Virus record (IMG/VR): IMGVR_UViG_3300024313_000004
Span: 1-64,000 of that record
Source of the DNA: a virus
Direction: 5' to 3' (one strand)
Length of the DNA: 64,000 nucleotides
Below the pieces are notes generated by a model. It saw only the letters and a program-made list of their open reading frames with translations. It ran no database searches and was not told the origin of the DNA. A program made the translations under genes and the position numbers. Below are positions 18,875 to 28,058 of the stretch, one piece after another; position 1 is the stretch's first letter, and every line of letters starts with the position of its first letter.

Positions 18875-20350
18875 TTAAAGTGTGTTACTTGATGTCGGAC
18901 TTATCATTTCTAAAGTAATTGATGTTGATTTTATACTATCTGTACTTGATGTTGATCCGATTATGGTTGATGATTTACTTTTTGGATTATCTAGATTTTC
19001 ATCTTCTGGTGTGGTGATAGGACCTTTATGGAATTCTTTGAGTGTTATTTTACTACCCATTTTATCCTTCCAATATCGTTTTGTTTTACCACTAAAGTCT
19101 TTATCTTTTATCCAACCTTTAGTTACTTCAAACTCTACACCAGGTACGGTAGAGAAAACATATTGTTTTAATTGCCACTCATCTTTATCATCTTTATAGA
19201 ATGCATATAGTTTATCCACAAATTCATCGGTGTATTTATCACCAGGTGATATACATTGATTTCTTATCGATACTATGTTCAGTTCATATGGTCTTGTGAA
19301 TATTTTATATTTTTTCATTCTTAACATCTCCAACAATACATCTATATCCGGATGTTGATTAGTAGAAGGTGTATTATTGCCATTTTCATCAGTATTTTTT
19401 TCGGGTATTAAATCCACTGGGGTTACTGGTTCTGTTGAGTTTTTAGGAGGTTTTTCAAATGTTTTATTACTATTACCATCAATTGGGTTAAATTTGACAG
19501 GTTCTATTGTAGTTAAATTATTATCATCAACGGTAGATTCCCAAGTATCGCCTTTTTGTCCTTCAGATACTGATCCCTTTTCGGCACCACCATCGGTTCT
19601 TTCTTGTTTAGTAACACTATCGTTATCAACGATATAGACATTTTTAGATAATATCTTAGGATCTTTTAATGTAAAATAAAGTTGAATTTGTGCCATAAGT
19701 GCTGGTGTTGCAACGGTTGGTGCTAAAAGATTACCTAAAAATGCCCCACCTTTATCACCCATTAAGATTTTTAAAAACTCATCAAACCAATTTACAAAAT
19801 TATCACCTAATATGGCTCTCTGTGTTGAGTTCGGTGATCCTATATTTACTTTACCAAAATTATCTTTAAGATTTACATTTATACTAGATTCTTTTATGTT
19901 TATATTATTAAACTTGTGATCAATTTTCAACCCCTCTACATCATTTACATATATTTGTGTTTTGTGGTCATATATAAGTGCTTTCATTGAAAGGTAATCA
20001 GACTCTGGTAGTTGTTCAATCTTTTTCTCTAAATTGATATTATAGTGATCTGATGATATATATTCTGGTGTATTTTTATTACCATCTTCAAATATTACGG
20101 TTAAAACTTTTCCTTTATCGGGGAGATTAAATGTGTTACCATTTAAGTCTTTCCAAGGAGTTGCCCAAGGTAAATCATCAACAGAAATTTCATATGTACC
20201 ATCTTTTTTCTTTTCATCAAAAACATCTAATACACGTATCTTACATCTACCTAATCTTTTAGGATCATTATTATCTTCAACCGTACCTATATAAGTTTTG
20301 TGTGCACTTGTACCATCTAACTTATTTTCAACCCATTTTTTAGAACTCAT
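18875..20350 (-). CDS. Baseplate hub/needle protein, T4 gp5/VgrG OB-fold, with C-terminal partial L,D-transpeptidase-like domain
   Basis: YIGTVEDNNDPKRLGRCKIRV...LPWATP...LPDKGKVLTVIFEDGN..PEY. Confidence 0.8.
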   Translation of the reverse strand: MSSKKWVENKLDGTSAHKTYIGTVEDNNDPKRLGRCKIRVLDVFDEKKKDGTYEISVDDLPWATPWKDLNGNTFNLPDKGKVLTVIFEDGNKNTPEYISSDHYNINLEKKIEQLPESDYLSMKALIYDHKTQIYVNDVEGLKIDHKFNNINIKESSINVNLKDNFGKVNIGSPNSTQRAILGDNFVNWFDEFLKILMGDKGGAFLGNLLAPTVATPALMAQIQLYFTLKDPKILSKNVYIVDNDSVTKQERTDGGAEKGSVSEGQKGDTWESTVDDNNLTTIEPVKFNPIDGNSNKTFEKPPKNSTEPVTPVDLIPEKNTDENGNNTPSTNQHPDIDVLLEMLRMKKYKIFTRPYELNIVSIRNQCISPGDKYTDEFVDKLYAFYKDDKDEWQLKQYVFSTVPGVEFEVTKGWIKDKDFSGKTKRYWKDKMGSKITLKEFHKGPITTPEDENLDNPKSKSSTIIGSTSSTDSIKSTSITLEMISPTSSNTL

Positions 20351-20389
20351 AGATTATATATTATATTCCATGATTCTCATGGGATATTT

Positions 20390-23119
20390 TTAAGCACCGA
20401 ATTTTTCATTATTAACAGGGAAACTCCAAATTGTTCCGGTCTGAACTATTTGATTAAGTGTGTCACTTCCGATATTTAATGGTGCTGGATATTTAGCGGC
20501 ACCTGCTGGAAATTGAATCTTTGAATAATCTTTTGTACCAACCGGGAATTTATTATTAAGTGGTACTGAATAATTATCTATCATTAATGCGGCTTTACTA
20601 TTACCATCTGAATATATATTACCCTTTGGTTGCATAAACGAAAGTGACAAAACACCGAAACCACCACCATATTTTACATTTTCGGTAGTAAGCGGAAATT
20701 TAAATGATGTAGTTGAATTGTATATCTTATTAATCGATTGACCGGACCATTTAGTACTAAACTTGGTGTTATCAAAAAATGGCATTTTAGGTCCTTTTGA
20801 TTTCATTGCCGCAATTAGTTTACTTTCTGCATCATATGTGGAGAAACTTTTTGTTATGTTGTTAAGTGTTGCACCTACATTTGGTTGTTTAAATGGTACG
20901 TTTAATTGTGTTCCAGGTAATAATGAATCCATTCCACTAATAACACCTGATAATTCTTCACCAACAAAATTAAATAAGTCATTTCTAACATCAAAGAATA
21001 TACCAAGACTATTTGGGCTATATGGTTTAGGATAAACATTATTTGGTCCCTTTTGTAGACCACCTAATCCTAATAAATTCCTTGCTTTATTTAAAGTATT
21101 CTCAAGTAGTTTGGCTCTTATATTTATCTGACCATTTACCTCATTGAAAACAAAGTTTGCACTATTTTTGGCTAGATTTGTGGCAATTTTTTTAGAGTTT
21201 TCTTTAAACTTATCTAAACCATCCTTTGCTTTCTTTCTTCTTTCTTCTCTCTTATCTCCGAGTGCTTCTTCATCTCCTTCAACTTCAGAATTTGATGTAT
21301 TACCATTTGGTGTTGTTGATGGTATTTCATCACTTGAGGCACCGTTTGGTAGTACGGATTCCTCTCCATCGGTATCTAATGGATTTATATTAAATGCATC
21401 CATTATTATTGCTTTTGTTACTCCATTTTCTCTAAGTGTGTTTGTACTTATGGTATAAAATCTTGGAGTAGATTTATCATCTATTATAAATTGACCATCC
21501 TTAAATGCACTATCTCTCATATTTTTATTACCAATCTTCCAAATCGCACCATTATTATACCCAACATATTGACCAAACTTTTCGAGATTCTTTTCACCGG
21601 ATGGTCTTGAAACACCTGGTACCCATTTCTCAAATTTTGTTGCGGCATACTTATAGTCAAAACTAACTTCATAAGTATCTTGTGTTTTCATAGTACCCAT
21701 ATCTACTGAATCATCATGTGGCATTTTATCAAAGAAGAATTGACATTCTCTTAATTGATAAATGTATCTCGAAACATTATCTTTAACCACTTCTAAATCT
21801 CCGGTATTTGTTGATTTTCTAACTCTGTTAAAATTTCTACACTCTGAAATTATTATATCACAATTAAATCTTAGTAAGTTTTCCGGTATAATATTTTTAC
21901 CATTTGGTTTTGACCAATATAACAACTTATATAGATGTGCAAGTGTACCCATAGTTGCTGAAACATCTTCTAAGAATGTTAGTTTTATAACGTCTTTACC
22001 ATATTCGGTTAGATATTTCTTTTTATCTGAAGTATTTGACTCTGATAGGTTTGCAAGCCCGTCAATCTTTTGTAAGTAATATCCTAGATATGCTTTCTTA
22101 CCAGGTCTATATAAATTAGACGGAGAATCGGAATTGGCGTTGGTATATAAAAGTCCTTCTGTATTGGATGCCATCTTTTGACCATCTCTCTGATTATTTA
22201 TTAAGACGTTATCTGCCGAGTATGTTTTATTATTTAAGTTTAAATTACCTTTTGTTCTAAATAATTTTATAAATTGTCTTTTAAAGTCATCTATTACTAT
22301 CGCTCTTGATGCGATCTCACTAACATAAGAAAATTGGTCTATAAAGTCTTCTACTGATCCATTAAGAAGTGGTGAACTATATGTATCAAAAATTATTTCA
22401 AATCCATACATAACTGGATCATTATTTTCAAATGGTGTTCCTGGGTATGTTCCCAATCTAAAACTATCACCAGATCCATCCCATGACTCTCGACTATTTT
22501 TACCGGATTTTAAATTTGTATATCCATCTAAATGAAGACCATGTCTAAAGTAATCTGTTCTTTGGTCGTTAAATCTAAGGTAGAAATCTCTTGCACTATA
22601 TGGTTCGTTCTCGACTGGCGAAGTTGTTTCATCAATTCTTTGATTTGTATCTAGTGATACAAAACTTTTTGTAAAATCATTATACCAATCACTTTCTATA
22701 TGTGAATTTAAAAGATGTCCAATCCAAGCATTTCCTTCATTCCAACTATATTCATTTATTTTGTTAGATTTACCTAAATTCGTATCAATTATTTGTTGAC
22801 TTAAATATGATGGTGGTAAAAAACCAGGTTCATATCTCTTAGTACCACCGTTTGCAGTATTTACGGAAAGAGGTTTTAGTATTATTGAAGGGCTCCAGTC
22901 TGTTGGTTTATTTGTGTTTGCACCACCATCTGGTTTTACCAGACCACTTAAAAAATTTGAATTATTTTGTAGTAGATTGTTTTTATAGCCCGGTGCAAAA
23001 CTACCATCTGTTCTAAAAGTGCCACCTTTTACTAGGTCAATTAGTTTTCCTGAAACATTTGGATTATCAAATGTTCCAATAGAACCACCACCAAACTTAA
23101 CATCTTTAAAAAATCCCAT
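20390..23119 (-). CDS. Large tail/baseplate structural protein (tail-tube-related domain suspected)
   Basis: YYLQKIDGL...IKLTFLED...IPENLLRFNCDIIISE; located in the baseplate block with TAATATATA upstream. Confidence 0.45.
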   Translation of the reverse strand: MGFFKDVKFGGGSIGTFDNPNVSGKLIDLVKGGTFRTDGSFAPGYKNNLLQNNSNFLSGLVKPDGGANTNKPTDWSPSIILKPLSVNTANGGTKRYEPGFLPPSYLSQQIIDTNLGKSNKINEYSWNEGNAWIGHLLNSHIESDWYNDFTKSFVSLDTNQRIDETTSPVENEPYSARDFYLRFNDQRTDYFRHGLHLDGYTNLKSGKNSRESWDGSGDSFRLGTYPGTPFENNDPVMYGFEIIFDTYSSPLLNGSVEDFIDQFSYVSEIASRAIVIDDFKRQFIKLFRTKGNLNLNNKTYSADNVLINNQRDGQKMASNTEGLLYTNANSDSPSNLYRPGKKAYLGYYLQKIDGLANLSESNTSDKKKYLTEYGKDVIKLTFLEDVSATMGTLAHLYKLLYWSKPNGKNIIPENLLRFNCDIIISECRNFNRVRKSTNTGDLEVVKDNVSRYIYQLRECQFFFDKMPHDDSVDMGTMKTQDTYEVSFDYKYAATKFEKWVPGVSRPSGEKNLEKFGQYVGYNNGAIWKIGNKNMRDSAFKDGQFIIDDKSTPRFYTISTNTLRENGVTKAIIMDAFNINPLDTDGEESVLPNGASSDEIPSTTPNGNTSNSEVEGDEEALGDKREERRKKAKDGLDKFKENSKKIATNLAKNSANFVFNEVNGQINIRAKLLENTLNKARNLLGLGGLQKGPNNVYPKPYSPNSLGIFFDVRNDLFNFVGEELSGVISGMDSLLPGTQLNVPFKQPNVGATLNNITKSFSTYDAESKLIAAMKSKGPKMPFFDNTKFSTKWSGQSINKIYNSTTSFKFPLTTENVKYGGGFGVLSLSFMQPKGNIYSDGNSKAALMIDNYSVPLNNKFPVGTKDYSKIQFPAGAAKYPAPLNIGSDTLNQIVQTGTIWSFPVNNEKFGA

Positions 23120-23149
23120 AATCTATATATTAAAATTAAACTATCCTTA

Positions 23150-23872
23150 TTAAAGATTAGAAAATGATTCTGTGTATTCACTATCTAACCCTTCTATAGA
23201 TTCTTCTATCTCCTCTTTGATGATACCTTTACCTATTATTTCCAATGTCCCAAATTCTATGCTTCCTTTAAAAGTTAGTTCATCCTCAACATTGAAAGTA
23301 ATATCACCATAAATTATAGGTTCTGTAATATTATTTATAACTGTGCTAGAAGTTCCGGGTGTTGAAGATATCTCTGTGATTTTTTTAAAATCATCATTAT
23401 TTTGTGAGTTAGTTATTGATGAAGTTGAACCGATTGGTGTATCTTCCGACTTTATTAAAGTATTACTTAGTATAATATCCACACCAAATAAATCTTTATA
23501 TTTCTTTTGTATTACCTCTGAGACACCCATTACTAAATATTTTGAATATATTATTGGTTCGGTTGTTAAATCCCATCCAAAATCATCTTCAAAAGATGCC
23601 TCAATTTTCGTTTCATTAACTTCATTATTTGTTATTGGGTTAATAAATGGATTTATTAAACCTGTCAATTCTGCATTAACTTTCCAATAACCATTATTAA
23701 CTATTTGTGTTGTATTATTTCCTGAAGAATCTTGTATATAATCAGATTCTTTATATCTAATCATCGGATATACTTTACCAACTATATCTAAATATCCGCC
23801 AGATATTGTCGTTTGCCAATTCCCGGTAGAGTCTTTATATTTTTTAATTTTTAATTCCCAATAATCATTCAT
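23150..23872 (-). CDS. Hypothetical structural-region protein
   Basis: 240 aa ORF within the baseplate block. Confidence 0.55.
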   Translation of the reverse strand: MNDYWELKIKKYKDSTGNWQTTISGGYLDIVGKVYPMIRYKESDYIQDSSGNNTTQIVNNGYWKVNAELTGLINPFINPITNNEVNETKIEASFEDDFGWDLTTEPIIYSKYLVMGVSEVIQKKYKDLFGVDIILSNTLIKSEDTPIGSTSSITNSQNNDDFKKITEISSTPGTSSTVINNITEPIIYGDITFNVEDELTFKGSIEFGTLEIIGKGIIKEEIEESIEGLDSEYTESFSNL

Positions 23873-23880
23873 TTTTAATT

Positions 23881-26292
23881 TTATTGATTTTCATTTACTA
23901 TAATTATAGATGATTGTGTAACACCTGAAATGCTATCAGGGTTTGTTGTTGTTTGTTTTAAAACATAATCTATATCTCTTAACTCTCCAACAACATCTAT
24001 TCCATTATCTGAAATATTTTTTATAGTAATAACATACTTTTTACCGTTTAAATCTTTTACTGTATAAGTTTCTCCAACTTTATAGACACCATTTGGTTTA
24101 TTTGTTATTGTTTCTGATGCAGTTCCTAATATTGGATTTTCATTTTTTTCATCTTTCGTTTCGGGTTTCGTTTGTGGTTTACTAGTATCATTTTTAATCT
24201 CTTCTGGATTCTTACCCATCTCTTTTCTGGTAAGTTTAACTTCCTGTGATAACTTACCATTTGAATAATCAAATACAATATCCATTATTAACCATTCACC
24301 TGAATATCGCCATTCTATAATCTCATTGGATCCTAATGTTGCGGCCTCCTTAACAATAATTACATCTATTTTTTGATATTTATAAATATTATAATTTGTA
24401 TTTGGTAATTTTATATCCATTTGATTCTTCATCATATTATCTAGGTTTATCCTATTCTGAGTAACTGCATAATTGTAATTTTTATGAACATTATCAGTAT
24501 CTATTTTTCCTGCATATTTGGTTACAAAATTATTATCAAATGATTCTTGATCATCGGCAATACCTTTTAATATTATACTTTCTAATCCATCTGATGTCGT
24601 TGAATCCACATCGAAGACTAAAAACATTTTCTTGGACTTATCATAATATTTTGTTCTAGTTCTGTAACCCTGTTGCATACTTATCTTGGTAGAGTCATTT
24701 TTTTGACCGGTTTTTATAAAATAAAATGAACTTGTTTGTAAACCACGTTCTGATGTTAATTTCATTTTTGATATCTTATCAGTATCTTTAGTACTTGGGT
24801 TATCAAAATTACCAGTATCTATTCCAACATCATCTGATATGTTTCTTTTCATTTCTTTTTCTATATCAACATAGTTAAAACAATAGTAAAAATCAATATA
24901 GCCTGCCATAAAGGATTCATCTGATATATATGAATGTTCTATTATATCTCCGATAAATTTATAAGGTCTATCTCCAATATTTCTCCATGGCATTTCATCA
25001 TCTGTGTTTTCTATATTTGAATTGAAACCAATTTTTAAATCTTTACAAATTTTCCTTATAGCTTCAAAGGAAGTACCTCTATAAACTTTATAACTCATTC
25101 TATATAAGTTTGATATATCAATAGTACCGGTCATTGTATATAAGTTATTTTGTAGTTTTTTATGATCCTCTACTTTAAATTTTAAATGTATTGGTTTCAA
25201 ATTATTAGAAGCAGATTTTATGAATATTTCAAATTTTGTATCATCTTTTGGTGGATTTTGTGAAATAACATTATTACTATCTCTGAAAATTATCTTAACT
25301 TTTGGTATTATACCTTCATGATATAATCTCAATTGTTGTATATCTCTATCATTTATTACTGAACCATTATAGTTTAAAAGTGGTAAATTACCAATTGTTT
25401 CTGCAACTTGAATAGAATCACCTTTTGATGAATTCTGTGTCGAGAATTTCATAGGTGGTAATTCTATTTTAGGTGGATCTATTTGTGCTATTATAGGTCT
25501 TTCTCCTGTTATATTTGATTCTTCAGTACCTTTTGAATCTTGTGGTATAACATCTGGTTCTGGCAAAACTTTTATATTTATATCTCTTGGTTCTATCTCT
25601 GGTGAAGTGGATGATATAGTAATCACATAATCACCTTCTTGATCAAATTGTATTCCATTAAAGTCGGCTCTACCATTTATTATATCAACATCAGTAAGTC
25701 CTATAATAACACCTGGTCCACTTTTGACTTTTAATGTGAACTTACCTGTTATAGATTTTGGATCTATTATAGATTTTGGTTCGGATGGTTTGCCATTATC
25801 TACCGCAACTTCATTTTCTTTAACAGATTCATCTAAAATAATTGAATTCGGATCTATTACTGTTTTATTTTTTTCTTTTAGACTTATTGGTGCAATATTA
25901 GTATTCCAAGGGTCTTGTGTTATTGACCATGGTCCATCCTTAATACCTGCTTCTCTTGAAAGTGAGTTGATTATTATGGTATTTTGCATTTCTTTATTTG
26001 AAAGAAATTGCTCCATTTCGGATTTACTTTTAGATAAATTTAATGATCTATTTATTTTAAAATATAAACCATTACTATATTTCTTATAAGTTTCTCCATC
26101 TGTCTCATAGTTATTTGTATATAGAGATATCAACCGTACGGTCTTTTTATCAATTTTTACAATCCAAAATATAGCTTGTGTTTCTGAACTCCATTTTGAG
26201 TTTGGACTATCAATTCTTACACTACGTATTAGTTCCCATCCAGTATCTCCGAATTGTATATTAAAATATTCTTCAGGTGTTAAATTAGTCAT
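23881..26292 (-). CDS. Baseplate hub protein, gp27/Mu gp44-like
   Basis: TSFEAIRKICKDLKIGF...WRN...FIGDIIEHSY...YIDFYYCFNYVD; ...YSGEWLIMDI...LTRKE. Confidence 0.55.
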   Translation of the reverse strand: MTNLTPEEYFNIQFGDTGWELIRSVRIDSPNSKWSSETQAIFWIVKIDKKTVRLISLYTNNYETDGETYKKYSNGLYFKINRSLNLSKSKSEMEQFLSNKEMQNTIIINSLSREAGIKDGPWSITQDPWNTNIAPISLKEKNKTVIDPNSIILDESVKENEVAVDNGKPSEPKSIIDPKSITGKFTLKVKSGPGVIIGLTDVDIINGRADFNGIQFDQEGDYVITISSTSPEIEPRDINIKVLPEPDVIPQDSKGTEESNITGERPIIAQIDPPKIELPPMKFSTQNSSKGDSIQVAETIGNLPLLNYNGSVINDRDIQQLRLYHEGIIPKVKIIFRDSNNVISQNPPKDDTKFEIFIKSASNNLKPIHLKFKVEDHKKLQNNLYTMTGTIDISNLYRMSYKVYRGTSFEAIRKICKDLKIGFNSNIENTDDEMPWRNIGDRPYKFIGDIIEHSYISDESFMAGYIDFYYCFNYVDIEKEMKRNISDDVGIDTGNFDNPSTKDTDKISKMKLTSERGLQTSSFYFIKTGQKNDSTKISMQQGYRTRTKYYDKSKKMFLVFDVDSTTSDGLESIILKGIADDQESFDNNFVTKYAGKIDTDNVHKNYNYAVTQNRINLDNMMKNQMDIKLPNTNYNIYKYQKIDVIIVKEAATLGSNEIIEWRYSGEWLIMDIVFDYSNGKLSQEVKLTRKEMGKNPEEIKNDTSKPQTKPETKDEKNENPILGTASETITNKPNGVYKVGETYTVKDLNGKKYVITIKNISDNGIDVVGELRDIDYVLKQTTTNPDSISGVTQSSIIIVNENQ

Positions 26293-26352
26293 ATTATAGA
26301 TTATAAAGTCTTTGGTTTATATATTAAAATGTAATAGACCCGAGAAAATATA

Positions 26353-26688
26353 TTATAGATTTATTTTAAGAATTTTATATGGGTATTTTCTTTTTATATA
26401 AAATTGCTCACGTTCTTTATAGTGTTTATATAAGGTATTATTCATATCATTTGGATCAAAAATATCTACCAAGTCAAATATATTTACTTTATCTTTATCG
26501 GAGTGTAATCTCAAACCACGTCCTATTGATTGTATAATAATTTGTTCGGATTTAAAAGAATCTGCAAATATAATATTGAATATGGCATTTATAGATACAC
26601 CTGTCGATAATGTCCCATATGAAGCTACTAAAACTTTAGTAGTTCCTTCTTCTCTAATTTCTTTTCTTTTATCTACTATTCTAGCCAT
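26353..26688 (-). CDS. uvsW: UvsW-like SF2 helicase, C-terminal fragment (motifs V-VI)
   Basis: VLVASYGTLSTGVSI...QSIGRGLR...IFDLVD. Confidence 0.88.
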   Translation of the reverse strand: MARIVDKRKEIREEGTTKVLVASYGTLSTGVSINAIFNIIFADSFKSEQIIIQSIGRGLRLHSDKDKVNIFDLVDIFDPNDMNNTLYKHYKEREQFYIKRKYPYKILKINL

Positions 26689-26876
26689 TTTTTATAGTTT
26701 TTATTTTACAATTTAGTAGTATTAAATTGTTTTCATTTGGATCATTCTCTGATATTCTGTTATCAGTATCTCTATATTTTCTTATAAGGTATGTACTAAT
26801 ATTCTCTTTCGGATTTTCTCATAGTTTCCATTATAATTTCATCACCGTTAGGTTCTAAATCTATTACTTTCCACAT
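26681..26876 (-). pseudogene. 3' remnant of an endonuclease-like gene (frameshifted)
   Basis: MWKVIDLEPNGDEIIMETMRKSE then, in another frame, ENISTYLIRKYRDTDNRISENDPNENNLILLNCKIKTIKNG*; its TAG overlaps the uvsW-C start. Confidence 0.4.
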
Positions 26877-26885
26877 ATCTTTTAT

Positions 26886-27110
26886 TTATTTTTTATAAAT
26901 GGCTTTTATACTACCTCCTTCTAAATTAAAAACTTCTAATATTGAATATGTTGATATTACATAAGTATTTATAACACCATTAAAGGTATTTATTGTTGAT
27001 TGAGTCTCTTGAACTCCTTCAATTGATATGAATAACATATCATTTTCTTCTAATAAAGTACCTACATTACCAAGTACTTCTAATTCGGTTCTAACTGTTT
27101 CTATATTCAT
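26886..27110 (-). CDS. Small tail-fibre-associated protein, paralogue of 62686..62904
   Basis: INTYVISTYS...LEGGSIKAIYKK vs LESYIITKYP...LVDGIYKAQYDK. Confidence 0.7.
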   Translation of the reverse strand: MNIETVRTELEVLGNVGTLLEENDMLFISIEGVQETQSTINTFNGVINTYVISTYSILEVFNLEGGSIKAIYKK

Positions 27111-27111
27111 A

Positions 27112-27744
27112 TTATTCGTAATTTAATTTCATTATCGGTCTTCCTGTATCCAATGAGCAACCACCACTTGGATAAGTCGTATCAGTTCTTTTATATGCAA
27201 CTGATCCCGTTTTGTTTTCAATATCAAATCTTGGTCCACCAAAGTCATAACTACCATCTCTATTTTCCCACCAAATAACTATATTATCTGTTCCATTCCA
27301 AGTAAAATTAGTTCCGAAACTATAGTCTATCCAAGTATTTAATTCAGCACTTGTGTATGTTTTAGAAAATGAGAATTTAACATTTGTTGTATCTGTTAAA
27401 GTTTCTGAACTCATATCTACTGTTGGTAAAGCACCAGTCCAATTTGCTTTAGAACCGATATGTGCCATATAAATACGATTAGTAAACATTGTAAAAGATG
27501 GATCTGACATATCACCAAAATAAAGTTCTAATGATGTGAAATCAACTGACCCACCAATTGATGATAATTCAGATGCTTCAATTATCCACGCAGAAAATGA
27601 ATAGTCATACGCAAATGCAAATGGTGCTAATCCTAATGAACCACCACCTGGTGTTCCTGGTGTCCCTAATTGTATTGTTCCTGGTGGAATCGGACCACCA
27701 CTTAGTAATTGTCCGATCATTCCTGGTAATATACTATTCATCAT
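27112..27744 (-). CDS. Putative tail-tip/adhesin beta-sandwich protein, paralogue of 62059..62669
   Basis: MMNSILPGMIGQL...YDYS...SEL...FTWNGTDNIVIWWENRDGS...YP. Confidence 0.7.
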   Translation of the reverse strand: MMNSILPGMIGQLLSGGPIPPGTIQLGTPGTPGGGSLGLAPFAFAYDYSFSAWIIEASELSSIGGSVDFTSLELYFGDMSDPSFTMFTNRIYMAHIGSKANWTGALPTVDMSSETLTDTTNVKFSFSKTYTSAELNTWIDYSFGTNFTWNGTDNIVIWWENRDGSYDFGGPRFDIENKTGSVAYKRTDTTYPSGGCSLDTGRPIMKLNYE

Positions 27745-28020
27745 TATGCGAAAACTATTTTTTTAACGGGAAAGTACCATTGACTTCGGATATATTTTTC
27801 CAAAAAAATATTAGCTCTTCTTCTTTGTTCTTCTGATGATATTGTCTTCATGTTATTATACTTTTTCTTTCTACATTTTTCGTATTTATCCTTATCATTT
27901 TTAAGATTTATCCAACCTTTCTTAGCGGCATTTGATACTTCCTCGGAGTTTTTATAATAACTCATCATCCAATTTAAAGGTCTTTGATATGCTCTAATAT
28001 TTATAGATAAATTCTCTCAT
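27744..28020 (-). pseudogene. Chimeric remnant: decayed basic (endonuclease-like) gene fused to the last ~20 codons of a tail-fibre gene
   Basis: ATG at 28020 after TAATATATA is out of frame with ENLSINIRAYQRPLNWMMSYY...; C-terminus WYFPVKKIVFA matches fibre end [12 protein letters not shown] (62062). Confidence 0.55.
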
Positions 28021-28058
28021 AATTTATATATTAAATTTACACTTACTCTGTTGTAAAG

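Noticed and set aside
27112-27744. Diversity-generating retroelement TR/VR pair with 62059-62669
   Set aside because: Differences are widespread with indels, not adenine-specific, and no reverse transcriptase is in the window.
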